Source: the human T2T-CHM13v2.0 reference genome, Homo sapiens. From it: a DNA stretch of 64,000 bases. The stretch lies in the NCBI RefSeq assembly GCF_009914755.1, contig NC_060937.1. The stretch is one strand, 5' to 3'. Shown in pieces: positions 41,909-53,855 of this stretch. Below the pieces are notes generated by a model. It saw only the letters and a list, made by a program, of their open reading frames with translations, searched no databases and had not been told where the DNA came from. Each line of letters opens with the position of its first letter. Position 1 is the stretch's first letter. Position numbers and translations under genes: made by a program.

Positions 41909-43293
41909 AATAGCCACTCACTAGAAAAGGTTTTGCTGACATATCCAAATCATTATTGTTAGCAAGAGAGAAGCCACCACAGCAAGATATGGATGAAATG
42001 GCGAGCCCCTGAAGGAAGGAAATGTTTGTATGTGCAACTGTCAACTTGAACAAACACATTCACACAGGCTGGCAATGCAGCCAAGCAGAAAGAGTGTGGC
42101 TAAAGTCATATTCCCAGCTAGTTTTAAGTGATTACAGTTTGCCTTTGTTTTTATTTTCTCCTTCTTAGAATATCTGTCCTTACACTGCCCATAACCAATA
42201 AGAACTTATGTCCCTCATGTTTCATAATGTTTGTAGCTGATTTTCTGTGGATAGTGTGTAGCTTTCCTTTTGTCACTTTCATCATGTCATTGATAGATAA
42301 TTCAATGAGTATCAAGTCTCTCTCCTACTCTCTGGCATGCTATTTTACCCCTTTCTCAAAATGTTAGCACCTTTTTGCCACTACTTACTCTCAGCTGATT
42401 ACCTTCTTATTTCACTGAAAAATATAAACAATAAGAAAAAATCCTTTTTATCCAAAAGGCCTTACTAAAGGGGTGGGATTTTTTTAAGTGAGGGTTAGGG
42501 TTAGGGTGCCTTGGCACCCTTCCTTCCTGCTCAGTGGAAGGTTTGTGCACATGCCTCCTAAAGACCAATTCCTTTATTTATGCTCTGGATAACATCTCCT
42601 CTCATCTATTCAAGGACTTTGCTCCTGCAATTACACTGTGTCTGTACTGAACATTCTCCTTATATTGCATCCTTTTCTGTGCTTACAAATGTGCTCTAAT
42701 ATTTTCCATCTTTTAGAAATCTTCCCTGAGCCTAGTTCCCTTCTAATTACTACCCCATTTTTCTGCTCTCCTTTACAGAGACACTTGGAAAGGTTGCTAT
42801 GCTTTCTGTCCCAATTTTTCTCTGACTCATTACTATCATTCTTTTGCCCACCACTCTGCTAATATCCCTTGTTTAAGGTCACTGATGATCTGCATGTTGC
42901 AAATCCAGCATCAGCTCTCCATCCTCTTCCTTCTTGACCTATCACCACCATTTGATGCAATCAATCAACCCTGCCTTCTTAAAACACTTTCTTCACTTGA
43001 GTTTATTTATTCTTTTTTCTGGTTTTCCTTCCACCTCACTGGGTATGCCTTCTCCATCTTCTCTACCAGATCCTTCTCTACTTCCAAACCTCTAAAGGTG
43101 GGCTTCATCTTTGGATATTTTTCTGTCTCTACATATATTCACTGTCTTGTGATCTCATTCAGTTCCATGGCATTAGATACCACCTACATGGGCCACTTCT
43201 CAAATTTAATAGCCCCTGCCTTTCTTCTAAATAAAAGACACATAGAACCCATTGCCTCCTTGACATCTCCACTTATAAAACAATGGATGAGTA

Positions 43294-43420
43294 GGGTGAA
43301 CCCACATCCCCGTTTTCTTAGGATAGTTCTGACTTATGACTGTTACCCCTGTTTAAGTAGTGATTGCACTTCTTTCATTTAAAACAGACCCTGTTTAGAA
43401 AATAAATTATATTGCCACCT
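43294..43420. mobile_element. MER94-like hAT-Blackjack fossil
   Basis: agggtgaaccc...aaataaattatattgccacct TIR-bounded element of about 130 bp. Confidence 0.65.
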
Positions 43421-43922
43421 CTATTTGTTTCCTTTTGCTGCTATAAAACAACTACCAAAAACTCAGTGGTTTAAAACAGCACACATTTATTCTTTTGCAG
43501 TTCTGCAGGTCAAAAGTTTAAAATGGGTTTCACCAGGATAAATCCAATGTGTCAACTGGGCTGAATTCCTTTATAGAGGCTGTAAGGAAAAAATCCATTT
43601 TCTTGACTTCCGACTTTAAGAGGCTGCCTGCATTCCTTGGCTAGAGGCCCCTTTTTCATCTTTAAAGCCAGCAGGGGCAGATTGAGTTTTTCTCACATCA
43701 CACTGCTGACTCTTCTGCCTTCTTTCTCCACACTTAATGACTTGATCACTTTAGGTCCACTCAGATAATCTAGGATAATCTCCTTATTTTAAGGTAATCT
43801 GATTAGCAACCTCAATTTCCTCTACAACCTTAATTCTCTCTTGTCATATAAACTAACATACTCACAGGTTCTGGGGATTAGGACACGGACATCTTTAAGG
43901 GAGCATTATTCTGCCTACCACA
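43421..43922 (-). mobile_element. MLT1D-like MaLR solo LTR
   Basis: tgctgctataaaacaactacc...ggctgcctgcattccttggc...gattagcaacctcaatt...tattctgcctaccaca. Confidence 0.88.
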
Positions 43923-44145
43923 TCTTCTAATAGGCTTTCCAAACTTAATATGCAATATTAACCCAATGTCCAGTGTTGGCTCCTGGTTTTCCCAAAACTC
44001 TCCTAGCTCTGTGGTCTTTCCCATCTCAGTAAATAGTACACCAAATAGCCATTCACTCAGGCCAAAACTTTGCAGTCATTCTTGAATCTTTCTTGCACTC
44101 AAACTCCATATCCAAACTATCAGCAAATGCTGTACACTCTACCTT

Positions 44146-44221
44146 TACCTCTAAGATGTAGATCAAATTCAGCTATATTTAATTACCTCTAAGATGTAGA
44201 TCAAATTCAACTACATTTAAT
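44146..44221. repeat. 38-bp tandem duplication (2 mismatches)
   Basis: tacctctaagatgtagatcaaattcagctatatttaat / tacctctaagatgtagatcaaattcaactacatttaat. Confidence 0.95.
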
Positions 44222-44245
44222 GTACCCCTCCAACCCATTATCATC

Positions 44246-44635
44246 TGCTATGGTTTGAATGTTTGTCCCCTTCAAAACTCATATTGAAATTCTATTGCCA
44301 TTGTGATGGTATTAAAAGGTGGGACCTTTAAGAGGTTATTAGGTCATGAGGAGGGCTCCAAACTCATGAATGAATTAATGCCATTATCTTGGAAGTGGGT
44401 TCATTATAAAAGGGTAAGTTTTGCACCCTTTTTTCTCTCTCTTGGCCTCTCTTTGCCCTTCTGCCATGTAATGCCTTCCATCACGGCATGACCTAGCAAG
44501 AAGACCCTCCACAGATGCTAGCCCCTTGATCTAGGACTTCTCTGCCTCCAGAACCATGAGTTAATACACTTCCGTTGATCATAAATTGCACAGTGTGTGA
44601 TATTCTGTTAATAGCAACAAAAATAGACTAAGACA
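44246..44635 (+). mobile_element. MST (MSTC-like) MaLR solo LTR
   Basis: tgctatggtttgaatgtttgtcccc...gactaagaca termini. Confidence 0.88.
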
Positions 44636-45559
44636 CCATTTTACTCCAAACCACTATCCACTCTCCCCTGGACCAGTGCAGTAGCCTCCTGCCTGGTTCC
44701 TGCTTCTGTTATTTCTACCTCCCTCACCCTTCTTACCTGCTCCAGTCTATTCTCCACAGGGCAGCTAGAGAGATTCTCTTAAAACATAACATGTATCACA
44801 GTCACTGGTCTGCTCAAAACCCTCCAATAATTGCCCGTCACTTAGAACAAAAATCGGAGGTCCTTACCACAACCTGAATGGTCTCTTTCAGCATGGCCCC
44901 AACACCCTTTCCTGCCTTGTTTTCCACCCGTCTGTTCCCTGCTCCCCCAACTCCAGTCCCTCTGGCCTCCTGGCCAAGTGCTCCTACCCCAGGGCTTTCA
45001 GATGTGTGGCTCCCTTGCCCAGAAACACTCTTTCCTTCCCATGATTTCCTGGCTGTCTCCCTCACAGCATTCTCTGCAGAGAAGAGTTACTTGGCTGTGT
45101 GTCTGTAACATCCCTACCATCCCTCTGGGTGGCATTATATATTCATCTTGTCTATTTGCTTATTGTCAGTCTCTTGTGCTGGACTGGGAGCTCCCTGAGG
45201 GCAGGAATTTGATTTTGTTCAGTACTATGTCTCCAGGGCCAAGAACTGTGCCTGTCTCAACAAATATGTGTCAGATAAATAAATGTTTCTGGTAGTTACA
45301 CGTCTATTCACTTATTTTTTTCTCTGAGAACTTTAGGGTGGGTGTGTGGGAGGTGTCAGTCTATACACATCTTAGTTAAGCTCCCTGCTCAAAAATTTGT
45401 TGTATGGATGAAGTGCCTTGCTTTCAGCCAGCTGGAAATGATAATAAATGTCCTTGGTATGATTTGTAAGACCTACCTAATTTTGGAGAGACCTGTCTGA
45501 AATTAACATTGTTAGTTGCATCTCACCCCTACCCTCATGGAATGGCTGACCCTTAAAGA

Positions 45560-45780
45560 AAGCTGACTATGTGCCAAGGACTGTTCTAAGATCTTTTCAT
45601 ACATTGATCATTTAATCCTCACAACAGCTTCAAGGGAGGGTGTGACCATTATCTCCATTTTATAGATTAAAAAACTGAGGCACAGAGAAGTTAGTGAGCC
45701 CTCAAAAGCCTCATCTCTAGGAAGGAAATGGAGGCAGAATTTAAACCCAGCAGTCAGCTCGAAAGACTGAGCTATTTCTT
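45560..45780 (-). mobile_element. MIR
   Basis: catttaatcctcacaac...ccattttatagattaaaaaactgaggcacagagaagtt. Confidence 0.88.
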
Positions 45781-46379
45781 ACTGCAGCCCAGACCCTGGG
45801 GAGAAGGCCACATCTGCTCAGCAGTCAGCCAGCAGCCCTCACCTGTAATGGACACTAATTAGCTGATTTGCTCATCGGTTCTCAGGAAGAAGTTTGACCT
45901 GTACTACATGCGGACTGTGGTGAACCTTTTATTAAATATACATCTCAAGCTGGGAAAATAGTGAGCTACTACTTCCTTTTAGAATGTAATATTGCAAATG
46001 TAGATCTTCCCACATTTCTAGTTCTCACTTTTGAGACTATGCCCTTAAGGGAGAGAAAATAAGGGACCAACACAGCCTTCTTTGCCCCCAGGGATAGCTG
46101 GGAGTGGGGAATCTCTAGGGAACTGTATCCTGCTAACTTGAGCACAGGCTTGTTTACCATGGGGAACAATTCTCATTCTTTGGTGAAATTGTTTAGTAAT
46201 TGTGCTGACCTCACTCAAGGTCATTAGCCGGATATTGCCTCTGGTTTGTGAATAGGTTTATTTTCTTCTGGACATCCATAATAGTGTGAATCAGGGAGGT
46301 TTATCATTTTAAAAAATTATTCCTAGTTTTCATTGCATGGATAATCATTTGCTGTCCTTAACACATAATGATTGATCAC

Positions 46380-46560
46380 TGGGATGCAATATGGTGTGGA
46401 AAGTGCGTGGCTTTAGTGCCATGTAGACTGGGAGTTAGTTTCTGTCTCTGCTACTTACTCCAGTGTAGTTTTGGGCAAGGCCATCAGCCTCTTGGAGCCT
46501 CCGCTTCTTCATTCCTCCTTGTAGCTTTGCTGTGGGTATGAGGGATAATGAATGTCAAGC
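46380..46560 (+). mobile_element. MIR
   Basis: tctgctacttactccagtgtagttttgggcaagg. Confidence 0.7.
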
Positions 46561-46609
46561 CCACAGCAGGGGTTTGATTGCTCTGGCTGTTAGTATCAAT
46601 ATTATAACA

Positions 46610-47420
46610 TATGAACGAGAAGCCTTCCCAACGCGCCTGCCAAAGCTCTGACGGCCGCTCTCTACGTGCACAGGACAGTCACCATTCCCAGGTGAAAGGC
46701 AGGCCTCCTGAGGCCGGTGAAAAGGAGCAGGAAGACAGCAGCATGGCCCAGCGGTGAAAAAGAAAATCACATGTGTGCCTTCTGACCACTGCCTAAGCCT
46801 GTTTTGCATTGAGACCAGTGTCCTGGTGACAGTTTCCTTCGGCTGCGATGGGATCTCACACTGCTCCCTCTTTGATCTGTGGCCTGGGTTTGCGTGGAGA
46901 GGGCTGAGCTTCTGCAGGCTTCCGTTGTCCCCCAGGGCGCACAGGTTGTGACCGTGCATGGGAAAACACCAACAGCTCTGCTTTTTTACTTTCTCCCAGA
47001 GTTGCTCATCTCCCTGCCTGGCTGACCTTAAGAACATTTTCCTATGAAGCCATGCCCTACGTGACATAAACCCTGGGACCCAGAGAGAAGCCAGAATCCG
47101 CCACCCTGAGTAGCCGCTGCTCGTGGGATGCAGGGGAAATGGCGCCCTCTGGTGTTGGCTCAACGCCTGTGTTCAGCACCGGGAGCTGCCCAATTCGGCC
47201 TTGAGAGCCAAGTCTCTGCAAAGCAAACTTTACATGCAAAGCGTTGTTTGGCAGAAATCCTTTTCCACAAGAGGAAATCTCTGGGTGAAAAGCACTATGC
47301 CTTTAATGAGAAGGAATCAGGTGGTTATTGCTTTAATGGACTTAAGCGTTTGGCAGTCACATCGCAAGCTCAGCATGGAAAAGAGCCCTACCGTGGGGAG
47401 AAGATTCTCCGCGTGCCCCA
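46610..47420. promoter_or_regulatory. CpG-retaining unique block; candidate cis-regulatory element
   Basis: Roughly 30 CpGs (count by eye) in about 800 bp of non-repeat DNA against a CpG-depleted background; holds a CTCF motif and two TACGTG cores. Confidence 0.55.
47140..47158 (-). promoter_or_regulatory. Candidate CTCF binding site
   Basis: Reverse strand ccaacaccagagggcgcca versus CTCF consensus TGGCCACCAGGGGGCGCTA; core CACCAGAGGGCGC intact. Confidence 0.7.
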
Positions 47421-48639
47421 GTCTCTCTTAATCTTTTAAAACTTTTACTTCAATATCTCAAGAAGTGCTGTAGAATAGCAGAAGCGATGCCCCTTTCCAA
47501 GTGTGACAACAGTGACATGCAGTTCACTTTCCCTGGCGTGGTCCTGATGGAGCTTCAGTCAGAGGAGGCGGCCCTCGGTGAACCACCAGCCCATTTACTG
47601 TCTTCTGAACTGCAGCAGTAGCATAAACTACCTGGAGTGATAGGGCCTCTCCGCCGGATGAATCATCCCACTAGATTCAATGAGAAGGGAATTGGGAGGC
47701 AGCACCGTTGGCTCTAGGACACTTAAATACCAAATCCCCTCACCCCTTTGCATCTTGCTAGCCCAGAAAAGACTTTAAGGTGATTGTCAGGCATTAGGCT
47801 ATGAAACCAAAGGTGGGGAAAGCACCGTTTATCAAAAGTGATCATACGGAACTGCTCCATTCTTTGCTTATACTTAAATCTCTCCATAACCAAGAAGAAA
47901 ATGTGATTGAGACATAGATTCTTTCCCTGGGCTTTGTGGAATAAACCACCAGTCACCTTGTGGGTGCAGTTCTGGGCCAGAGTTTTGGAGAGAGTGTTAA
48001 AGCATGACAATAAGCAGGTCTAATAATAGCCTTTTCACTAGACCCCAGGGGATCACTGGCAGCCTCAATTACTCTAGCTTTTATTTTCTTTTGCCCTGTA
48101 TTAGCTGTAGTCGCCCTTGAATGCAGAGACTTTTAGCCAGAGAATCTGGATTTGCTCTTTCAAACTTGCCATACATTTCTCCCTCTCTCATCATGCATTA
48201 TACTCTATCTCATCTCAGATGGTTCTGCTTCTTAATTATTGTTGTCTGCTGTTAATTGCTAGCAGTGATCTAAGTCTAATGTTCTTACTAATGAGCACAG
48301 CTTAGAAGTTCCACATGTAAAGATTTATAAGAGTGGTTGCTTCATTATCATCACTAAATATTCCCAGATATATTCTCACTTGACACGTGTAGAGGCAAAA
48401 ATAATAAAAACTGTAAAGTGCTGTGAGATATGAGGGAGAATAATGTTCATAAAGGGTAAATTATGGCTGTAGCTTAGACTTACAAAATGCTAGCCATTTG
48501 CAGGGTCACACAATAGCAAAGTGGGACCAGAACCCAGGCTCCCAACTCCTGATTGTGTAAGGTGCCCAGTGTGGAGTACTTGTCCTGAAACACACATTTG
48601 CATGTCCTGCTAGTTAAATTGAGCATTTGCAAATAAATG

Positions 48640-49102
48640 GACCAGAATGCTCATTGTGTTATTATTTACAATAGTGAAAATTTGGAAACATTTCAGATGG
48701 CCAGCACTAAGAAAATGGTAAAATAAATGATGATACATTTGTACTAAGAATATTTTCTAAATATTATAAAATTATAATTATGTATCATATACAAATAATT
48801 GCAATTATATATTTTATATAAATATTTAAAAATCATTTTTGGAGAATATCTAATGATCTGGTAGAACACTCCCAATATAATGTTGAGTGAAATCATATCA
48901 GGGTATAAAACTAAATGCAGATAGTATGATAGCAATTTTGTTTGATGTATAAAATAAGAGGAGAAGGAATACATCAAATATTAACGGTGACTTTTTTGAA
49001 GTGGTAAGATTATGAGTTATTTTTGTCTCCTTTTGAAACTTTTCTGTATTTTACAGGTTTTCTACAATTTGCATGTCTTAATTAAATTTACAATTAGAAA
49101 AA
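48640..49102 (+). mobile_element. L1ME 3' end fragment
   Basis: tatttacaatagtgaaaatttggaaaca ... ggtaagattatgagttattttt...tttctacaatttgcatg. Confidence 0.7.
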
Positions 49103-49104
49103 CA

Positions 49105-49265
49105 TTTTTAAAATTGTTTCCAGCTATATTGAGAGACAATTGACAAGAATTGTATAAATTAAAAGTGTACAACTTCATGTTTTGGTATCCATATACATTG
49201 TGAAATAATTACCACATCAAGCCAATTAACATATCTACCACCTGACACAGTTACTATTTCCCTTT
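49105..49265 (-). mobile_element. L1MA (8-10-like) 3' end fragment
   Basis: atatacattgtgaaataattaccacatcaagccaattaacatatctaccacc. Confidence 0.8.
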
Positions 49266-49359
49266 TTGTAAAAAAAAAAAAAAAAAAAAAAAAAGTGTTT
49301 TGAAGAGAAAAAAGGTACCGTATAATCAAGCCTTAATACCTCAAAAGAGATTTTTCTCA

Positions 49360-49660
<301 letters not shown>

Positions 49661-50383
49661 AGAGAGAGAGATTTTTCTCAGACTGAGAAATGGCATTTAC
49701 AAAGAACTTTGAAGAAATTCATAGAAACTAGAGCTATCTGCACAACTGCTGTTGAATTATTAAATGGCAAAACTTTAGCCTGAGTGAAGAAGACAAGTCA
49801 GCATCTTCTGTCTCTTACATTTTGTTCCATTACTTCTTTCTCCAAACAATATCCACTGAGTGCTCAGATGTTGTTGCTGTGTACCTGAGCTATTGTGTGT
49901 TGTAACAGTGCAAACAAGGTCAAGAGAAGCTTCCCTTTCTATGTATGTGTGCGTGTGTCTGGGGCTGTGCAGTGTCAAGCTGGCCTGGAGCTCCAGCAGA
50001 ATTGTTCAGCTGCAAAGCCGTTCCTTACACTAACACTCCACTCACTAGAAATAAAATAAACTGAAATTAATACAACCTCATGTTTTTGTATATAAAATAG
50101 ATAATATTTGTTGATAATACCCCATGGCAAAAATACCATATGGTATAAAATAGTACCATCAATTTGAACTTCAGCTGACAGTAAGTTTCAAGTGCCATAA
50201 GCCTTCCATTCAATCATCTCATATCTGGGAACTTATGCAAAAGAAAAAAGTCAAAAAGAAGAAACAGCTACATCCTAAAGACATTCATTCCTAGATTATT
50301 TCAAACAGCACAAAATGGAAGCAACAAGAAGTTCCAAGAAGAGAAGGATTTGTAATAAAACTAAAGCACATTGGAAATGATAT

Positions 50384-51101
50384 TGTAACCATCCAATAAG
50401 TTCATTTTTGCCCACGGCCCGGATAGAGCCAATTTGTCAAGACAGGGGAACTGCAATAGAGAAAGAGTTTAATTCATGCAGAGCCATCTGAATGGGAAAC
50501 CAGGGTTTTATTATTATTCAAATCAGTCTCCCCAAAAATTCAGAGACTAGGGTTTTTCAAGGACAGTTTGGCAGGTAGGGGGCCAGGGAGTGCTAATTGG
50601 TTGGATCAGAGATGAGATCATAGAGAGTCAAAGCTGTCCTCTTGTGCTGAGTCAGTTCCTAGCTGGGGGCCACAGGGCTGGTTGGTGGGTCTGGGTGAAG
50701 CTACTGGTCATCAGAAATGCAGAAACCTGACTCGAAAGGCCAATCTTTTGTTCTACAGTAGTGATGTTATCTGTCAGGAGTAATTGGGGAAGTTGCAAGT
50801 CTTGTGACTTCTGGAAAAATAGCTGGTAATCATTTATGTTTAAACCTTAGCAGAATTCAGGCTCCTCTCATCCTCCTAACCTGGTGGTCTTCCATTAGCT
50901 TTATGAAAGTGGTTTAGTTTTGGGGGAGGACTATTATCATTTAAATTACAAGCTAAATTCCTCTCAAAGTTACCTTGGCCCAAGCCGAGGAATGCCTAAG
51001 GGAAGCTTGGAGGTTAAAAGCAAGATGGGAGTTGGTTAAATCAGATCTCCTTCACTGTTGTAATTTTCTCCCTGTTAATAATTTTCACAAAGGCAATTTC
51101 A
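50384..51101 (-). mobile_element. LTR8A-like ERV1 solo LTR
   Basis: tgtaacc...ggcaatttca termini; caagacaggggaactgcaatagagaaagag; perfect 4-bp TSD atat. Confidence 0.87.
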
Positions 51102-51339
51102 ATATGATGAAGTAAAGCAATACAAAGAAATGTTTGTGGTAGAACATTAAAAATTGAGAACTTTAAAAAGTTTTTAATTTTTTATTATTATGAATGTCAT
51201 ATGAAATACATGCAGAGAAAAACTATTTTGTTAGAATGGTAAGATTGTAGATTATATTCTATTTTCCAGGGATTTTTTCTTCATACTAAAAAAAAGATGA
51301 AAATTGGGTTTTGTCAGATCACCTCCTGTTGGTGATCAT

Positions 51340-51460
51340 TTTTGGAGACAGATTGCTTGAGTTCACAAGCCTGGTTCTACCACTTTCTAGCTGCATGACC
51401 TTAGGCAGTTTACTTAACCTCTTGAAGCCTCTGTTTTCTCATCTGTAAAATGGAAGATCA
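51340..51460 (+). mobile_element. MIR
   Basis: ctagctgcatgaccttaggcagtttacttaacctc...ctcatctgtaaaatgg. Confidence 0.88.
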
Positions 51461-51474
51461 TGAAAGTGTCTGAG

Positions 51475-52053
51475 CATAAACCCCAAATATCTGAGACGGG
51501 TCTCAGTCAATTTAGAAAGTTTATTTGCCAAGGTTAAGGACATGCCCATGACACAGCCTCAGGAGGTCCTGATGACATGTGCCCAAAGTGATTGGGGTAC
51601 AGCTTGCTTTTATATATTTTAGGGAGGCAATACATCAATCAAAACATGTAAGATTTACATTGGCTCAATCTGGAAGTGCAGGACAACTTGAAGAAGGGGC
51701 TTCCAGGCCATAGGTAGATTTAGGCATATTCTGATTGACAATAGGTTGAAAGAGTTATTATCAGTAAAAAAGAATGTCTGGGTTCAAAGAAGGAGTTGTG
51801 GAGACCTAGGTTTTATCATGCAGATGAAGCCTCCAAGTAGCAGGCTTTGGAGAGAATAGATCGTGCCTGTTTCTTATAAGGCTTTAGGTCTGTGTTGATG
51901 TTAATGCTGGAGGGTATCATGAGGCATGTTCAACCCCCACTTCCCATCATGGCCTGAGCCAGCCTTTCAGGTTAATTTTTAGAGCACCCTGGCCGAGGAG
52001 GGAGTCCATTCAGGTGGTTGCGGGAGGCCTTCGAATTTTATTTTTGGTTTACA
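51475..52053 (-). mobile_element. MER4A1-like ERV1 solo LTR
   Basis: Reverse complement starts tgtaaaccaaaaataaaattcgaaggcc; TSD tgag (51471-51474 / 52054-52057). Confidence 0.87.
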
Positions 52054-52363
52054 TGAGTTTTGGAAAGAAACTAAGTAACTGTTCACATCTCCCAGGGTGA
52101 ACTGAATGGTGAAGGTTCTGCCACAAAACTTTGCGGAGAAACACATTGAACCCTAAGCTGTGGGAGAGGCCAAAATCAAAGGTTCAGGCAAAGCTGCGAG
52201 TAGTGGTGGAATCCTAGTCAATCAGCCAGAGAAAAGGATCTAAAGGCGTTATCAACTCCAGGAAAAGGTCTAGGATCCTGCCTAAGAGCAGCAGAACGCA
52301 CCTTTGAGGGCAGGGAGCAATAAGTTGAGAGGAAGCGAGGGTGGTCCTGGGACAAGGGCCTAA

Positions 52364-53047
52364 TGTAACTACCCAGTAGGTTCACCTTGCCCGCTGCCTA
52401 GGCAGAGCTGATATATCAAGACATGGGACTTGCAATAGAGAAAGGGTAATTTGTGCACAGCCAGCTGTGAGGGAGACTGGAGTTTTATTATTACTCAAAT
52501 CAGTCTCCTTGAGCATTCGGGGATCAGAGTTTTTAAGGACCACTTGGTAGGTAGGAGGGAGCCAGTAAGCCAGGAATGCTGATTGGTTAGGCAGGAGATG
52601 AAATAATAGGAAATTGAAGCTGTCCTCTTGTGCTTTAGTCAGTTCCTGGATGGGGGCCACAAGAACAGATGAGCTGGTTAATTTGGGTGGTGCCAGCTGA
52701 TCCATCAAGTGCAGACTCTGCAAAATATCGCAAGCACTGATCTTAGGAGCAGTTTAGGAAGGATAAGAATCTTGTAGCCTCCAGCTACATGACTCCTAAA
52801 CCATAATTTCTAATCTTGTTCCTGATGTTAGTAGTCTGGTCCCCAGGCAAGAAGGAGGCTTGTTTTTGGGAAAAGGCTGTTATCATCTTTGTTTTAAACT
52901 ATAACCTATAAACTAAGTTCCTCCCAAAGTTAGTTCAGCCTACACCCACGAATGAACAAGGACAGCTTGGAGGTTAGAAGCAAGGTGGACTCAGTTAGGT
53001 TAGATCTCTTTCACTGTCTCAGTCATAATTTTGCAAAGGCGGTTTCA
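52364..53047 (-). mobile_element. LTR8 ERV1 solo LTR
   Basis: tgtaact...ttcaccttgcccgctgcctag...tttgcaaaggcggtttca; TSD ctaa/ctag. Confidence 0.88.
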
Positions 53048-53057
53048 CTAGCACCAA

Positions 53058-53180
53058 CTTTCTTTTTTTTTCTTTTCTTTTCTTTTCGTTCTTTCTTTCT
53101 TTCTCTCTTTCTTTCTTTTGCCTGTACCTCTATCTATCTATCTATCTAATGTATCATCTATATCTCTCTATCTGTATATT
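53058..53180. repeat. TC-rich tract followed by (TCTA)n
   Basis: ttctttttttttcttttc... and tctatctatctatctatcta. Confidence 0.85.
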
Positions 53181-53184
53181 TCAA

Positions 53185-53425
53185 ACCCATTCTAAAGTAG
53201 AAAGAATGATATAACAAACCCTTATGTACCTATTACACAGCTTTAACAAAACGAATGTTTCATCTATTATCCCACTCGTATCCCTCACCCTGGATAATGT
53301 TGAAGTAATAATTTTATCACTACATCTGTAGGTACTTTCATATATATCTCTAAAAGATACAGGCTCTTTCATTTAATGTAACCACAACACCACTATCATA
53401 CTTAAAATGTCAGCAATGGTTCTTA
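53185..53425 (-). mobile_element. Old L1 (L1ME/L1MC-like) 3' fragment
   Basis: aaagtagaaagaatgatataacaaaccctt...tatatctctaaaagat...aaccacaacaccactatcatac. Confidence 0.6.
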
Positions 53426-53481
53426 AGGGAGCCATTTAAGGGCTTGTCCCAAGGAGAGCCTGCTGCATTTAAAGGATCAGG

Positions 53482-53855
53482 GGCTGAACATGATGGTTCA
53501 CACCTGTAATCCCAGCACTTTGGGAGGCTGAGGCAGGAGGATCACTTGAGCTCAAGAGTTTGAGATCAGCCTGGGCAACATAATAAGCCTTCATCTCTAC
53601 AGAAATTTTTAAAAATCAAAATTTTTGATTTTAAAAATTAAATCAACTGTTTTCATTTGTTTGCTTGTTTTTTGTTTGTTTGTTTGGTTTGGTTTTTGCT
53701 TGCCTGTAGTCCCAGCCACTCGGAGGCTGAGGCAGGAGGAACGCTTGAGCCTAGGAGGTCCAGGCTGCAGTGAGCCATGATTGTGCCACTGCACTCCAGC
53801 CTGGGTGACAGAGTGAGATGCTATCTCAAAAAATAGTAATAATAATGTAAAATAA
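53482..53855 (+). mobile_element. AluJ with a rearranged middle linker
   Basis: Left arm 53482-53600; right arm resumes at tgcctgtagtccc (53701); about 100 bp of foreign AT/T-rich sequence between. Confidence 0.88.

Larger units (their letters stand above)
42380..45290 (+). mobile_element. Long L2(a) body and 3' end interrupted by MER94, MLT1D and MST
   Basis: cttgacctatcaccaccatttgat, tttcccatctcagtaaat, ccaaactatcagcaaatgctgt, tctattctccacagggcagc, ctccctgagggcagg...ataaatgttt. Confidence 0.8.

Noticed and set aside
42492-42506. gggttagggttaggg as interstitial telomeric repeat
   Set aside because: Only two TTAGGG units; too short to distinguish from chance
42885-43382. 165-aa hydrophobic ORF
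   Set aside because: Lies in a degraded L2/MER94 region; pyrimidine-rich composition produces the F/L/S bias
46555-47163. Longest ORF (202 aa, - strand)
   Set aside because: No ATG start or recognisable homology; its length is explained by the GC/CpG-rich composition of the block
50384-53047. LTR8A...LTR8 as the two LTRs of one provirus
   Set aside because: Different subfamilies, each with its own TSD, and the sequence between them (L1, MIR, MER4A1) is not ERV internal sequence
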